64,000 bases of DNA from Podarcis vaucheri (lineage: Eukaryota): NCBI GenBank assembly GCA_965113315.1, contig OZ220366.1; one strand, written 5' to 3'. Below, piece after piece: positions 47,931 to 61,424 of this stretch (its first letter is position 1; each line of letters starts with the position of its first letter). The position numbers and the translations under genes are program-made. The notes below the pieces were generated by a model. It saw only the letters and a program-made list of their open reading frames with translations, ran no database searches and was not told where the DNA came from.

Positions 47931-50900
47931 GCCTGCAATTGGAAATGTTTCCTATCACTCCTTTAGCTATGAAGAAACACAACAGTATAGTGCCACTGAA
48001 AATTAGGACAATAGACTGTGTTTGTAAAAATACAATCCTATATGTTTAATGCCGGGACATTTTGTGCAGTTAATTTTGTGGTTTGTCTATAAAGGGGCTA
48101 ATGGGTTTTCACCCACAGTTTTGTTTCAGCCTTTAGATGCATCTCAACGGTAATTCTAAATGCACTCTGTTAGATCCAAGGGTCTCAAATTGACGTAATG
48201 GTTGGTTAACAAAAGATTACCGCAGCAGGAGAATTTTTTCCTTGGTTTTCATGTGTAATCCTAACTGGCATTGTGCCACTAATTCTTTACTTTCTCATCT
48301 AGATCACATATTGGGGCCAGGGAAAGAAGCACAGTTCCGATCACCCTTGTACTCTGAAAAGGAGGTGATAACAAAATTGGCACAAAGCCTTTCCTTGCCT
48401 CAAGCACAGACCTGCTGGGCTCAGGATTTCTGAGCAGTTATGGCGATTTTCAAATTTTACAGCATGCAGATGCCTGTAGTGCCTAGGGAAACAAAGATAC
48501 AACTGTCTCCTCTTACTCTCAGTTTATGTGTATGTAGGACTTTCAAGGTTGGGGGTGGTGGGTTAGGGTTAGGGTCACAAAATGAGACTTGTGATGTTTT
48601 GATCTGCACTTTGTCAGCAATGCACACATCCAGTGCACTCAGGCTGCAACCAGAAAGGGTGTGCATGCGGAAGGCAGGCATCCACCACAGCTACTACATC
48701 TTTCTGATTCATTCCTATAGATCTTAACATAGGAGCTTCATTGAAGATGAACTCACAAACACACACAAAACCCCATGACCCCCCACCATGAGCAAACTTC
48801 AAAGCTGATTACAAAAAGAATAAAATAATGATACCATTAGCAAAAACAGTTAAAAACAGTTATTTAAAACATCTGAAAAATCATCAATTATAAGCTAAAA
48901 GGCATGGATGAAAACACCTGTCAACATCTACATACCTGGGTAGGCTTGCTTATACAGAAATGCTTTTGGCAGGTCATTAGTGGGCCTAGGGCATGCTGGA
49001 CATACAGCACTAGTAAATTATATTTCCAAAAGCATCTCTTGCTTCCTAGGAGGGTTGCAAGAAGAGCTGGTGAGGGGTGTGGCCTGGGAGGAGGTGTGGT
49101 CTAGGGAGAGTCCTGAGGGTTAGATGGAGAGAAACGTATTTGACCTCTGAGGTTCCTCATAATGAAAAGATTTATTTATGGCATATGTGCAATTATCCTG
49201 GTAACTTGGTGTACTTTAGTTTTCTGTTGAAGGCAATGCATTCTGCTAAAGGCTGTGGAAATATATATATTGTACACACCCTGCTTTGAGGCACTTGGGT
49301 GTGAAAATGTGACTCATAAATTATATATCCTTGTGAGAGGTCTGGATGAGGCCTAGTGCTAAGCAGGAACTGAGTTCTGTTGGGCATCCTTGGCCCCTGG
49401 AACCAAGAGAATGGGTATGTTCACCCAAGCAGGCACGGCATCTAGCTGCTTTCCCCAGCCCAGCCTCTGCCTGCATAACAGTCCAAAGTCTATTTGCAGT
49501 TTTCAGCACCTCCAAGCCAGTGATGTTTAGGACTTGCCCGTTCTGCCAGCTTTAATCGCTTACCTTGCCTTCATTGCGAGACAGCAGCAGATAATGCTGC
49601 TCAGCCAGGCTGGGAGGGCATAAAATTGTGTTAAGCAACGCTCAAGGAAATGACTGGATTTGCTCCTTCGGTGTAAGTGTCTAAATGTTTTTGAAATTGT
49701 AATTTTCCTGTGCCGTTATGTGTAAAGGTGACCGCTCCATGTTAGACCCTCAGCAGTTCTGTGCTCGACAGCTAATCAGGTTGATTCATTTGGTGATGTG
49801 GGCAGCGAGCTCCCTCTCTCTCCTTTTCCCTCTCAGCAGTTATAAACAGGACTGAGTTCTTCTCTGACTCATGGGGATATAATACTGCCTAGTTCTTTTT
49901 AAAGGAACATATTAGAAATATAGAGCTGGCTGAGAAATACTGCAGAGACATTCAGGGTTCTACTTTTGTAGCAGGCAATATCATTATCGAGAGAAGCTAA
50001 CATGATGCCTGTTATTAAGTCTGTCGGTAGCTTTAAAGTTGAGTAGGAGCTATTATTGCCAGCCAGGCAGGTGCTCCTCCTGGAGCAAAAGCTTCGGTGA
50101 TTTCTGGCCCACGCTTTCGGATATATATTCCCACAATCAGGCCATGTTTACTAATTGCAGAAGCATTAGCACCAACAAGCCGAAGGCTGATAGAACGTTA
50201 CCCAGCTCAACCACATGATGGCATTCATCACTCAAAGAAACATTATATGTATTAGTGGAAGGATGCTGGTGAATGGCAACAAACTTTTCTCTCTTGGTAC
50301 TGAGGGTTTATTTTCCCTAGCTGCTGTTTTGATGTGAAATTTAGTTAAATCACAGGGATGGAGGAAAGATGCAGTGGCTGCTTCTGTCATGAGCGGGAAT
50401 AGAGATTGCCCAAAGCCAGGGGAAGGGGGAAATGAAGAGCTGAGACTGAACTTTAGGTATGAAAACCCACACATTTAAGAGTATCAGGAATTGCAATGCT
50501 GCCACTGAGAAATCTCTGTGTTTCACTGTCCCATTTGCCCCATACTAGTAGTAAACCATTGATGGAAAGGCCTTAGAGTTGGTTGCAGCCTATGAATAGT
50601 TAGGGATTTTTCAGGAAGAAGTTGGCCTTGGTCTTGAGGTAATCATATGCAACAAGGGGTGGCAAGCAACTAGCGGAACTTGGGGTAATAATTGTGCTAA
50701 CTGGGTCTAAAGAGCAGAGGGAGTCAGGGGGTGCAAATTTACATCTGCAGTGCAAGACACAGTCTATTTCATACACTGGCTAGACGGCATCTAGGTTTGC
50801 ACCTGGGAAGCATTCATAACACATCTGTGTATAAGCCTAATTTCCCATCTGTTGAGTGCTGCATGCATGGCTTGTGATCTAGTAGGCATCTAGTTATAGT

Positions 50901-53453
50901 TGCTGATGCAACAGAAGACTCTACATAACAACCTGCTCACATACAGCTTTCTCTTGCTGGATTTCAATATCTGTTTGTTCTTCTCTAGTGACTTCTAGAG
51001 TAAATTCACCTTGGTTCACCTTGATTCCTGCTATGTGTGTCAATGATTGCAGACTACCCCTTGAATGTGAAAATATGTAGTCTTCATTTAATAATATTGC
51101 ACTGTATTTTTAGGTTAGTTATTGAGCAGACAAATAAACAAATACAAAGGTAAAAGGAAGAAATGGAATAGGTGGATAGATAAGAAAACAGGGAGGAAAA
51201 GGGAGGGAAAAGAAAAGGAAGAGGGAAGGAAGGAGTGAGTGAGGGGCCAAGAAACAAGAAGAACAGGCTTGTGATTCCTTGGTAGCTCTGTGCAAACTTT
51301 TTTATAGTGCATGCCTATGCATGCCTACTCTGAAATAAGTCCAAATGAGGTGAATGGAGCTTACTTTCAGGCATAGGATTTGCAGTCTTTCTATTTACAG
51401 TAAATGCATTTGACCTTAAGAGGCATGCAGTTTATAGGACTGCAGTGTTTATGCTTCTGTATATTTCTTAATAGCCCGAAGAACCAGAAAAGCTTAAGGA
51501 ATTCAGTATTTGGGTTCCTATATGAAATTATCTGATCCACCTGTCAAACTAATGTGTGGACTCTTACTTACGTGGCAACCAGATTTTGCATTTCTTAAAA
51601 TATTGTAATGCAGTTGCTGACAATGAATATGTAGCCTATTTTAAAATGCATTTAAATTAAATTAATTTTTAGGAAGAGTTTTTAAAATAAAAACATAGAT
51701 GAATCTGGAATGATATTATGGGTATAACATAAGAACATGATATGGACTGAGAAGATGTGCACCACTATTGTGAGCAATGCGTATTTCAAAGACGGTAATT
51801 TGATTTAATATTTATATTCTGCTTTTCCAACAACAAATATTGAGCTAAAAGTGGCTCACAATAATCACAATATCATAAAAAAGAAAACATTGCAGTCACT
51901 ATACTATCAAACACAATAGCATATAAATAAAGCAAATAACAACAAATCCATCAAAACAATTAATACAATTCTAGAAAGTCAGAGTGATTCAAAATATCAG
52001 AAAGAGCTGCTGAGCACCAGTCTGGTGTCATCCTCTCTCTGGGGCTTCTCATTTGCTGAGGGCAGCAGACAGCACACTTCCAGGCAGTAAGATCTGTCAT
52101 GGTTTTTAATCTTGACTTCTTTTTCACCTTCTGTGTGTCCACAGATGGGAACTCTTGGTATAGGCCTTGCTGCAGGCAATGTAGATGTGGGTGGCAGGCA
52201 GTTTGCACGGCCAGGAGCAAGAGCCCCAATTGGGCTTGGCTTCCAGAAGTTCCAGTGGTGAGGAGACTCACTGGGGTGGTGTACTGGCTATCTTTTTTTT
52301 TTTAAAAAAAAAAAACAACAAACCCCACCTGCTCCTGGCCAGGAACGAAAGTTCCGCATGAAGTATTATGTATGCACATTGAGACTTGTGATCTCTTTCT
52401 TTGAGGAGAAGCCCTTTGCACACTGAGAATACCCACATAAAGGTTTGGGAGCCTAGAGACTTTCCAGAGAAGTACTTTCTGAAGTCATGGAAATGGGCTT
52501 TTTTTGGGTGGAGGGGAGTCTCATCTGGATCTGCTGCTTTTGCTGGCAGTAGCTTAGATCCAAATACCGTGCTGTATGAATGGAAATCGTTCCATTCATT
52601 CCACTCTTTCACAGAGGGGGCCTGCTATTTTCTCCCAATCTTAGTGCGTGGCAAAGTACTGCTCCAGAAGTCTTAATCTGGATCTGTGGAGGGAATGTGC
52701 AGGTGTGCACATCACTCCTTCCATCACTTACCTTTTTTGCATTAAGCTGGGAAGTCTGGATGGGGATTGGAAGGGCATTCAGTCAAATGCACTAACACTC
52801 TCCCTCACAATCCAGAAGCCCGATCACACAGAGTATGGGATGGGAGGGGGAGGACTGTAAATGTTTTCAGCCAAAGGTCCAGATAATTCACTCAGTCTTT
52901 CCCACTGAGTACATGAAGGTCAAGGGTGGAGGGGGAAGCGTCAACACAGCCCTCCATGGATCGAAGAGTGAAAATGCTTGAAGAAGGCTAAGGTGTTTCA
53001 TAGAGGTGGGCATTTAAAAACAACAGCACCATTTCAAATATATTTCTGAAATGTTTTCAGAAATTCTGGGCTCTTTTGGGAGGGTAGGCAAAATATTATT
53101 ATTATTGGTAGTAGTAGTAGTAAGTAGCATTAATCTGGGTCCTAGCCTCAAAAGCATGCTTGTCACTTGTGTTTGAGATGTAGCAAAATGATTTCTGATG
53201 GGTTTGGGAAATCCCATGCATTCAAGAGCCATTTAATAAGTGACTTTCGAATTCTAAGTGTGAATTGGCAAAAAGGGAAAAGGGAGACAAAGAAGAAAAG
53301 ATAAAACACCACCCACTGCTTTATGGTTCCCACTCTTAATGCAAAGCATTCTGATCACTGGAGTGAATATGAAAAAAATCAAAGTCATCAAACTGCATCT
53401 GACATTGTTAGTAAACACTGAGCAGTTACATTTCCTGTGACACTTACACTTCT

Positions 53454-53486
<33 letters not shown>

Positions 53487-53844
53487 CACACTCAAGGCTT
53501 TTTGTTTCCTCTTCCCACTGCATCTGACAAGCTGATTCCAGAGGCCAATGACAACATCCATGTCTCTTTCAAGCTGAGTGCATTTGTTATGCATTTGAGA
53601 GGGTTACCTTCCTGCCCTTGGGTATCTAGTCACGCAATGTGAAAAAATGCAGGAGTTCATGGGCTGCTGAGTGCTCAGACATGGCACTTTCCTAAGTGAA
53701 GGCAACTAGCGAGCAAGTGCAGCAATTAGAGATTTATGAAAACAGTTTCCCCCCACTGGGATATCTTGATGATTGCGCTGATCGCAAAGCAAAGATTTGT
53801 TTGCAGGGAGTTTAGGGGATGTAGGATCAAGCAGTTGTTATACC

Positions 53845-53992
53845 CAGTGCTTTTCTCCTAGAAAAAAAAAAAACAGTGCTGGTACTCATCATGAAGTTGT
53901 TACAGTAACTGCCACACTTTTAATGTGCTTTTCTTCTAGAAAAAAAGGCGTCAGTACTGCGTACCCTTGGGTACCCCCAGAAAAAAGCATTG
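53845..53992. mobile_element. hAT MITE related to 35745-35884
   Basis: CAGTGCTTTT ... AAAAGCATTG; perfect 8-bp TSD gttatacc (53837-53844, 53993-54000). Confidence 0.88.
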
Positions 53993-56387
53993 GTTATACC
54001 AAACTTTCCAGTTAATTTCCCAGCCATGTTCCTTCCAGAGAAAAAAATCAGATTTTGGAGGATTTGTTGCATGACAGTGCCAAATCTGCTTTAATTGCAC
54101 AACTTGCTGATATGTGATTAAATCCCACTTGCAAAATAGTGACAGTCTAGTGCTCTTGGAATTCATGCACCTCAGAGTTTTATAAACAAGCATACTGTCA
54201 ATAGGTTAAAAATTCTAGTCATTTTAATGGCCATTCCATTATGTATCTTTTCACTTTTGTAGAATGTGGAATCAGGGAGATACAGATACCTGGCGTGCCT
54301 AAATACGCTCATGTAAAAATGAAGCCAGTATTACAAGATGCAGTAAGAAGTTACATATAGTTACTAAAGATTAAGATGATTTTGAAACAGTTTAAAAAGA
54401 GAGTGGGAGGGGAAGAGGGAAGAGAGGATAAGAGATTCAAAGCACTGAATGTGACCTAGGTGAACATTAATCGGAGATAATCCCGAATTATTCTGTAAGT
54501 GACTGTAATACTTGACAGGGGTCTTGGATTGCCTGACCTAGAATTTGAAGCATTTCCCTTATCCACAAAAGCATCACAGCATGGGCAGTGGTGAGGCAAG
54601 CTGCTAGACCTTTGGATTCACAGGGTGTACAAGAGGACTTTATATCCAGATCTTATATCCAAACATTTAGTGCTTTGGGGCAAGCATTGTAGTGCGGGTG
54701 ACACTCTTTTCCTTCTCTTTTACTGCCTGTCTCCAGGCACATGGTTCCCTGTGCTGCTTAGCAAGATGCCACATGTGCTGTGCGCCTGGCAGCAATCAAA
54801 TGCACCGAATCAGCACATTACACATCTAAATAAACCCACCTTCAGAGATGCCCTCTGTGATCCTAGCTGAGGTGCCAGATCAGCCCTTATTACGGCATTT
54901 CGTTGCAACTATTCATATCCACAGACAGGGTGGTTTAAAATCCCCTCTGGAAACAACAAGACTTGCACCCTGCTGTCCCAACAGCCATGGCAAAAACAAA
55001 AGAAAGGTTGTCTAAGGTTGGTCTGCACAGAAGAGACCAATAGAAAGGATTATGCTTTTGGCTGTCGGGAAGCCATAGACATTTGAAGAGAGCTCACTGC
55101 TGCTGCTTAGCAATTATTACAAATTATTGTAGCTAGAACAGGGGGAGGGGGAGAGGGAGAGGGGAGCTTTATCTTCACAAATAACATTGCTGCTCTGAAA
55201 TGAGGAGTTGCCAGTGACTTGGGTTGCAGTGATAATTTTCAGTTGGCCTCCCTCCATCCATCACAGGGAATAACACCTGGCAAACTGCTTGGTTCCAGCC
55301 AACTCTTGTTAACCTTTCAGCCTTCACAATAACTATCAGCGGGGACAAACTTGGTGCCACAAATAAACTGGCATTCAGAACTCTCCACCAGCTAATAATG
55401 GTGCATGACTTTTCAACACGAAAGGAAACAAAAATGTTCTGTTTAATTAGACAAAAGAAGTCCTCAAATATCACACTGCTGTCAAACAGAATTGCACACA
55501 ATGATAAACAGGCTTTGTGGTTAGCTTTGGCATCAATGCATATTTTCTCTCTCCACTTCCCTTAAGCATTTTAAAAATTCTGTTTCGAAAATAAAGCGAG
55601 GACAGTCCTTGAGGATGCTTGTGGAAAGAAACAGCTACATTTCAGCCTTTTCTAAGCTTCCCATCTTGTTGTACTCTTCATTGCATTTGCTCATTGGGTT
55701 GCCAGAAGAATGAACAATTTACTTTCACCCTTTGGTTGGCTATGCAATTTCCTCCTGAATGAAGGACCTGTTGACTGTGATTTATTCACTTTCCTGAGCA
55801 ACAGCTTAATATACTTCGGAAGGAAGAGACAGTACTTTTAGTACTAGTGGTTTGCCTTGTAAGGGCCCATTAGAGGGATCATTCTGGTGCTACCAGTTCT
55901 CTCTCTGCACTATCTTCAAGCTCCTGGAAGGAAGCAGCCCTGGATGTTTCACTAGGCACCACTCAATTCCAAAGTAACAGTTCAGAAAGAGAAGTCTGAG
56001 CGCAGTGTCTTGGTTTCAGCTTGCTGAAAGCCAGGAGCTTATTATTTTTTGTCAAAGAAGCTAGGGTTGCCATGTGTCCAGGAAATCCCGGACATGTCCT
56101 CTTTTGTGGGGGCTACATGCCCATCATATGATGGGTAGGGGTGAAAACTACAAATGTGCCAATATGTGTCTTCTGTTGGTGCAGTTCTTGGTTTTTGCAC
56201 TACATCCACTTTAATCATCTCCCTCATCATGATGCATAAGTCCTGCTGGGCCATCCCATAGTAAGCAGGCCCAGCCACACATAATGGGAACAAAAAGGGA
56301 AACCCACAGAATATCCTACTTCTGCCCCTTAAAACTTGCTGCCACAAGCAACCGCTTGGACCAAACCCTAGAAATGGGGGTTTTACA

Positions 56388-56576
56388 ACATAGGAGCATA
56401 GAAAGCTGCCTTACACCGAGTTGACTCTTGGTCCATCTAACTCAGTATAGTCTATGATTGGCAGCAGCTCTCCAACATTTTGGCCAAGGAACATTCCCAG
56501 CCCTACCAAGAGATGCTGGGGATTGAACCTGGGACTTTCTGCATGTGAAGCATATGCTCCACCACTGAGCTATGGC
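56388..56576 (-). mobile_element. Squam3-like tRNA SINE
   Basis: The reverse complement begins gccatagctcagtggtggagcat...gtcccaggttcaatcccc (A and B boxes) and ends ...aaggcagctttctatgctcctatgt. Confidence 0.88.
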
Positions 56577-57974
56577 AATTCCTGAAACAAGAATGTGCTT
56601 GCTCTTTAAGTGGTATATACAGTGTATCTGGTACAAAGTGCCTTTCGCGACCAGAAGCTAGCACACCAGCTTGGTCCCTTACTGGACAGAGCAAATATGG
56701 CCATAGCTATCATACTTTGGCTTTCTAAGCTGACGTGTTATGGCCATTGCAAATATGCTTCAATTTATTTAACTGGCTGGTGTTTTGGCTTCATTGATGT
56801 ATTTAATATGCCTTGTTTTTGTGTGTTTTCTCTCTCCATTCGGTGGAAAGGCAGGATACAAATTTAGCAAATCTAGAAGCAATAATTGAATACTGTACAG
56901 ATACAGGAAATCTGACTCCTTAAAGAAAGAGTGGGTACTCTGTGACCTCCCAAATGTTGTTGAACTCCTATCAATCCCAGTCAGCATGGGTGAGAATGGT
57001 GGGAGTTGTAGCCCAATAATTTTGAAGGCCAAAGGACCCCCCCCCCAATTCCTGCCTTTAACCAGTGTGGAATTGGGTGGAATTGAACATCCTGCTCATC
57101 CAATTGTTCCATCTGCACAAGCATTCCAGCTTGTGGCAGAAGAAACCGACCCTTAGTTTTTAAGCTGGCTTTGTTGTATTTATGTATAATGCTTGTTGTA
57201 GGGTTGCCATGATATTTCAAAAAGTAAAAACCAGGACATCCCAAAAGTTATTGAGACCCTGGAAAATCTGGACATATGCCCTGCCCTGTGGCCCTTCTGC
57301 TAAAGAGCAGAATATAAACCCACAAAGCAAACAAATAAGAAAAGTATCAAATCAATCAAAGGATGGTTTTTGTAGTATTGGCAGATTAATTGCCAAGCTC
57401 TTCCCCTTGAAGCTGGCATGCTGACTGACATCGCCATTGAGCCCCTGGACAACCAAGTGCTGTTCCTCAGCTGTATGTTCTAGCTTTAAGGACCTATTGA
57501 AATAAATTAAGAAATGGCTCTTAAATGGCTCTTAAATATGGTTCTGATCGCTGCCTTAAAAATACCTTAGATAGCTATTATTCAAACAAGCAGCAATCAG
57601 TCCTACACTCTTACGTTGCTGCTCATTTTGCAGTGACAAATTGGATCGTGAAGCAATGAAAATCTACATGCTGCTATATCAAACCCGACTCTTCAATAAC
57701 ACAGATGTCAAGCTGGCTTCTGCAATGTATTCAGCTGGGAAGCAGGCACAGCTAGAAAATGTGGCATTAGCTTAATGCCAGTCATATGACTTGAGGGCCT
57801 GTCCTGCTTTATCCATATGTAGTCTTCTGACAGGAAGCACCAATGCTAGCTCTGTGTTAGTGCTACCTGTAGTTTCCTTCTAGTACCAAATAGCAGTTCT
57901 GTAAAAAAGAGGATTTTTATTGGGACTTCAATGCAGGAACTGGACATACTTTTCTGAGAAGCTGCCAGAGGGAG

Positions 57975-59149
57975 GTTGTTGTTGTTCAGTCATTTAGTCG
58001 TGTCTGACTCTTTGTGACCTCATGGACCAGAGCACGCCAGGCACTCCTGTCTTCCACTGCCTCCCACAGTTTGGTCAAACTCATGTTGGTAGCTTCAAGA
58101 ACACTGTCCAACCATCTCGTCCTCTGTTGTCCCCTTCTCCTTGTGCCCTCAATCTTTCCCAATATCAGGGTCTTTTCTGGGGAGTCTCTTCTCATGAGGT
58201 GGCCAAAGTATTGGAGCCTCAGCTTCATGATCTGTCCTTCCAGTGAGCACTCAGGGCTGATTTCCTTAAGAATGGATAGTTTTGATCTTCTTGCAGTCCA
58301 TGGGACTCTTAGGAGTCTCCTCCAGCACCATAATTCAAAAGCATCAATTGTTCGGCGATCAGCCTTCTTTATGGTCCAGCTCTCACTTCCATACATCACT
58401 ACTGGGAAAACCATAGCTTTAACAATATGGACCTTTGTCGGCAAGGTGATGTCTCTGCTTTTTAAGATACTGTCTAGGTTTGTCATTGCTTTTCTCCCAA
58501 GAAGCAGGCGTCTTTTAATTTTGTGACTGCTGTCACCGTATGCAGTGATCATGGAGCCCAAGAAAGTAAAATCTCTCACTGCTTCCATTTCTTCTCCTTC
58601 TATTTGCCAGGAGGTGATTGGACCAGTGGCCATGATCTTAGTTTTTTTGATGCTGAGCTTCAGACCATATTTTGCACTCTCCTCTTTCACCTTCATTAAA
58701 ATGTTCTTTAATTCCTCCTTACTTTCTGCCATCAATGTTGTGTCATCTGCATATCTGAGGTTGTTGATATTTCTTCCTGCAATCTTAATTCCGGCTAGGG
58801 ATTCATCCAGTCCAGCCTTTCACATGATGAATTCTGCATATAAGTTAAATAAGCAGGGAGACAATATACAGTGGTACCTCGGGTTACATACGCTTCAGGT
58901 TACATACGCTTCAGGTTACAGATTCCGCTAACCCAGAAATAATACCTCGGGTTAAGAACTTTGCTTCAGGATGAGAACAGAAATCATGCTCCGGAGACGC
59001 AGCGGCAGCAGGAGGCCCCATTAGCTAAAGTGGTGTTTCAGGTTAAGAACGGACCTCCGGAATGAATTAAGTACTTAATCCGAGATACCACTGTACAGCC
59101 TTGTCGTACTCCTTTCCCAATTTTGAACCAATCAGTTATTCCATATCCA
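57975..59149 (-). mobile_element. BovB (RTE) LINE 3' part, interrupted by a MITE
   Basis: WFKIGKGVRQGC|ILSPCLFNLYAE...NLRYADDTTLMAESKEEL...LLLGRKAMTNLDSILKSRDITLPTKV...WCWRRLLRVPWTARRS; (CAA)n tail reads gttgttgttgtt at 57975. Confidence 0.95.
58869..59093. mobile_element. Tc1/mariner (Tigger-like) MITE inserted in BovB
   Basis: TA|CAGTGGTACCTCGG ... CCGAGATACCACTG|TA; same family as 12728-12978. Confidence 0.92.
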
Positions 59150-61172
59150 AGGCACATAACAAGGGTACCTGCGGACACATTGGTAGAGGCAGCGTCTAGC
59201 AGCTCATTTTATAGGGCAGTAGGGAATTCAAGTCCCACAAATAGGAAGAGAGGAATATGGCCCCATTTGCAGGCCTCGCAAATCATCATCTTATCGGGGG
59301 GGGGGGAAGGCACTCCCTAGACTCAAGCACACACAGCAGATACCATAGAAGGAACAGAGAGAAGGGCATTGGCAGACAATCTTGGACCACAGGTAGTTTG
59401 ATATGGAAGTAGATGCTGCTTTAGGTATTATACTTACCGGTAATTAATTAATTAGATTTATATCATGCACATTCCCCCAAAGGAGTCCAGGATGGCAAAC
59501 ATGTCATTACTGAAACAACACATGTTTTTTAAAAGGTAATATTTATTCCATGAGAGATCTAATTATCGTTGCATTATGGATAACTCTTTTGTAAAATATT
59601 TGAAATATAGGTTCCACAGCATGAATGTGGCCTAGAGTTGTGGTATGCTGTTATGCAAGGGGAACCTGTTGTCTGCCAGATGTTGTTGGATTCTAGCTCC
59701 CGACTGCCCGAGCCAGCATGGCTAAGGGTCAAGAATGATGGGACTTGGAGCCTAACAAGTTCTGGGACAAAGATTCCTCATCCCTGGTGTAATGTAATGC
59801 AGTGTTACATGGAATAATATTAAAGAAGAAAAGAGCAGCAGAGTACAGCTGCATTTATATGTGTCTCATGGAATTTTTGTTATTGTTGTTGTTGCCCAGC
59901 AGCTGTGGTTTCACATCACAGTACACTTTAGGATGAAAATATCCTGAAGGTAGACAGGCAAAAAAGAGTTCGGGATAAGCCACTCATTATCATAAATGCA
60001 ATTGTAACCATAAGAGAAAAATCTTTGAAAAATGCCATAAAACTACAGTGGGGACATGAACACAGCAGGATCTGTAACTCAGGTGCTGTTTTCTTTTCTT
60101 TGTTCTGAATTTGCAAGGAAAACACTGCTTTATTTCAACTTTGTTCTTTCCCTGAATAATTTATTGAGTGAGCTGATAAGAAGAACTCACTGGATATGAA
60201 AACAGTAATAATAGATGTTTCACCTGAAGCTTTGAGTTGAGATGTAGGGGGATTTGAATGCATAAGAGGTGGTTCTGAGATCACGGCTGCTGGACCCTCT
60301 CCCATAATTTCTCAACAGAGCTTATGTACCTATAAAGCACAAAATTGGATATTCTACAAATTACGCACATTCAGTCAATAAATAACTAGGAGTGGGTGGA
60401 CCCATGAACGTCTGGTCCATACCAATTCTCAGAAGTTTAGTCCTGTCTAGCTTCCTAGGGCATGTAAACATCGAGGGCAGCAATGGTTTGCACCATACAA
60501 TTCCCACTAAGAGTGATGAAATGCCATGAAATCCTGGCACATCCAGGCAACCTGCTGTATGTGCATTCAAACCATACATCAGCAAAGCATCCCCCACATG
60601 AGCTTCTCAGATGGTGGACAGCTGGACACCTTGCCCTAGATATTTAAAGGAAAAATGAGGGGAGAGCAAAGGTGGAAGCAATTCACACCACTGACCACCT
60701 CATTCATAAATATGCCAGACTGCAATTTCTGAAGTGGATCATTGATCTGATCTGGGCCATGTTGTGCCCGGACTGGATCAGGTGCATCTGCTTTGAAATC
60801 TGGGTAGGGTGGACCCCCCCCCCCGCTCTCATCCCTACATACAACTGAACAATTATTGAGAATCAATTCACTAAGCTGCCATGCTGAATATGTGGCTTGA
60901 GTAGATTGGTGGTGTTTGAAGCACAGTGGAATGATCATTATATAACTTCAGCCTGTATCAAATGTCCTACTCTGCCCATGATTACAATGCCAAGACACCA
61001 ATGTTCCCCATTCTGGTGAGCTCCAGGTATTTTGGGCTACTACTCCCATTACATCTGCTCTTTGTTCATGCTACCTAAGGCTGATGGGAGATGAAGTCCA
61101 CAGCTTCACAGTTCACAGCTAGAAACTAATTATCAGAAGCATTTTTTTAGTGCTGATCAAAGTACATTAATA

Positions 61173-61424
61173 CAGTGGTACCTTGGTTTAAGAACAGTTT
61201 AGTTTATGAACAACTTGGATTAAGAACGCTGCAAACCCCAAAGTAGGTAATTTGGTTTGTGAACTTTTCCATGGAATAAGAACATGTTTTGCTTCCTGAT
61301 GAGTGTGTTCCATTTGTAAATTGAGTCCCCTGCTGCTATTGGAAAGCACGCTTTGGCTTAAGAATGCTTTGGTTTAAGAATGGACTTCCGGAACGGATTA
61401 AGTTCATAAACCAAGGTACCACTG
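61173..61424. mobile_element. Tc1/mariner (Tigger-like) MITE, different subfamily
   Basis: TA|CAGTGGTACCTTGGTTTA ... TAAACCAAGGTACCACTG|TA; perfect 18-bp TIR. Confidence 0.92.

Noticed and set aside
50728-50803. Inverted repeat ggtgcaaa...tttgcacc (similar one at ~29077-29117)
   Set aside because: Only 8-12 bp of imperfect pairing and no TSD; probably decayed MITE remnants or chance.
56500-56576. tRNA gene (also 21033, 34740-34808, 42940-43027)
   Set aside because: The A/B boxes are SINE heads continuous with SINE bodies and tails; no complete cloverleaf.
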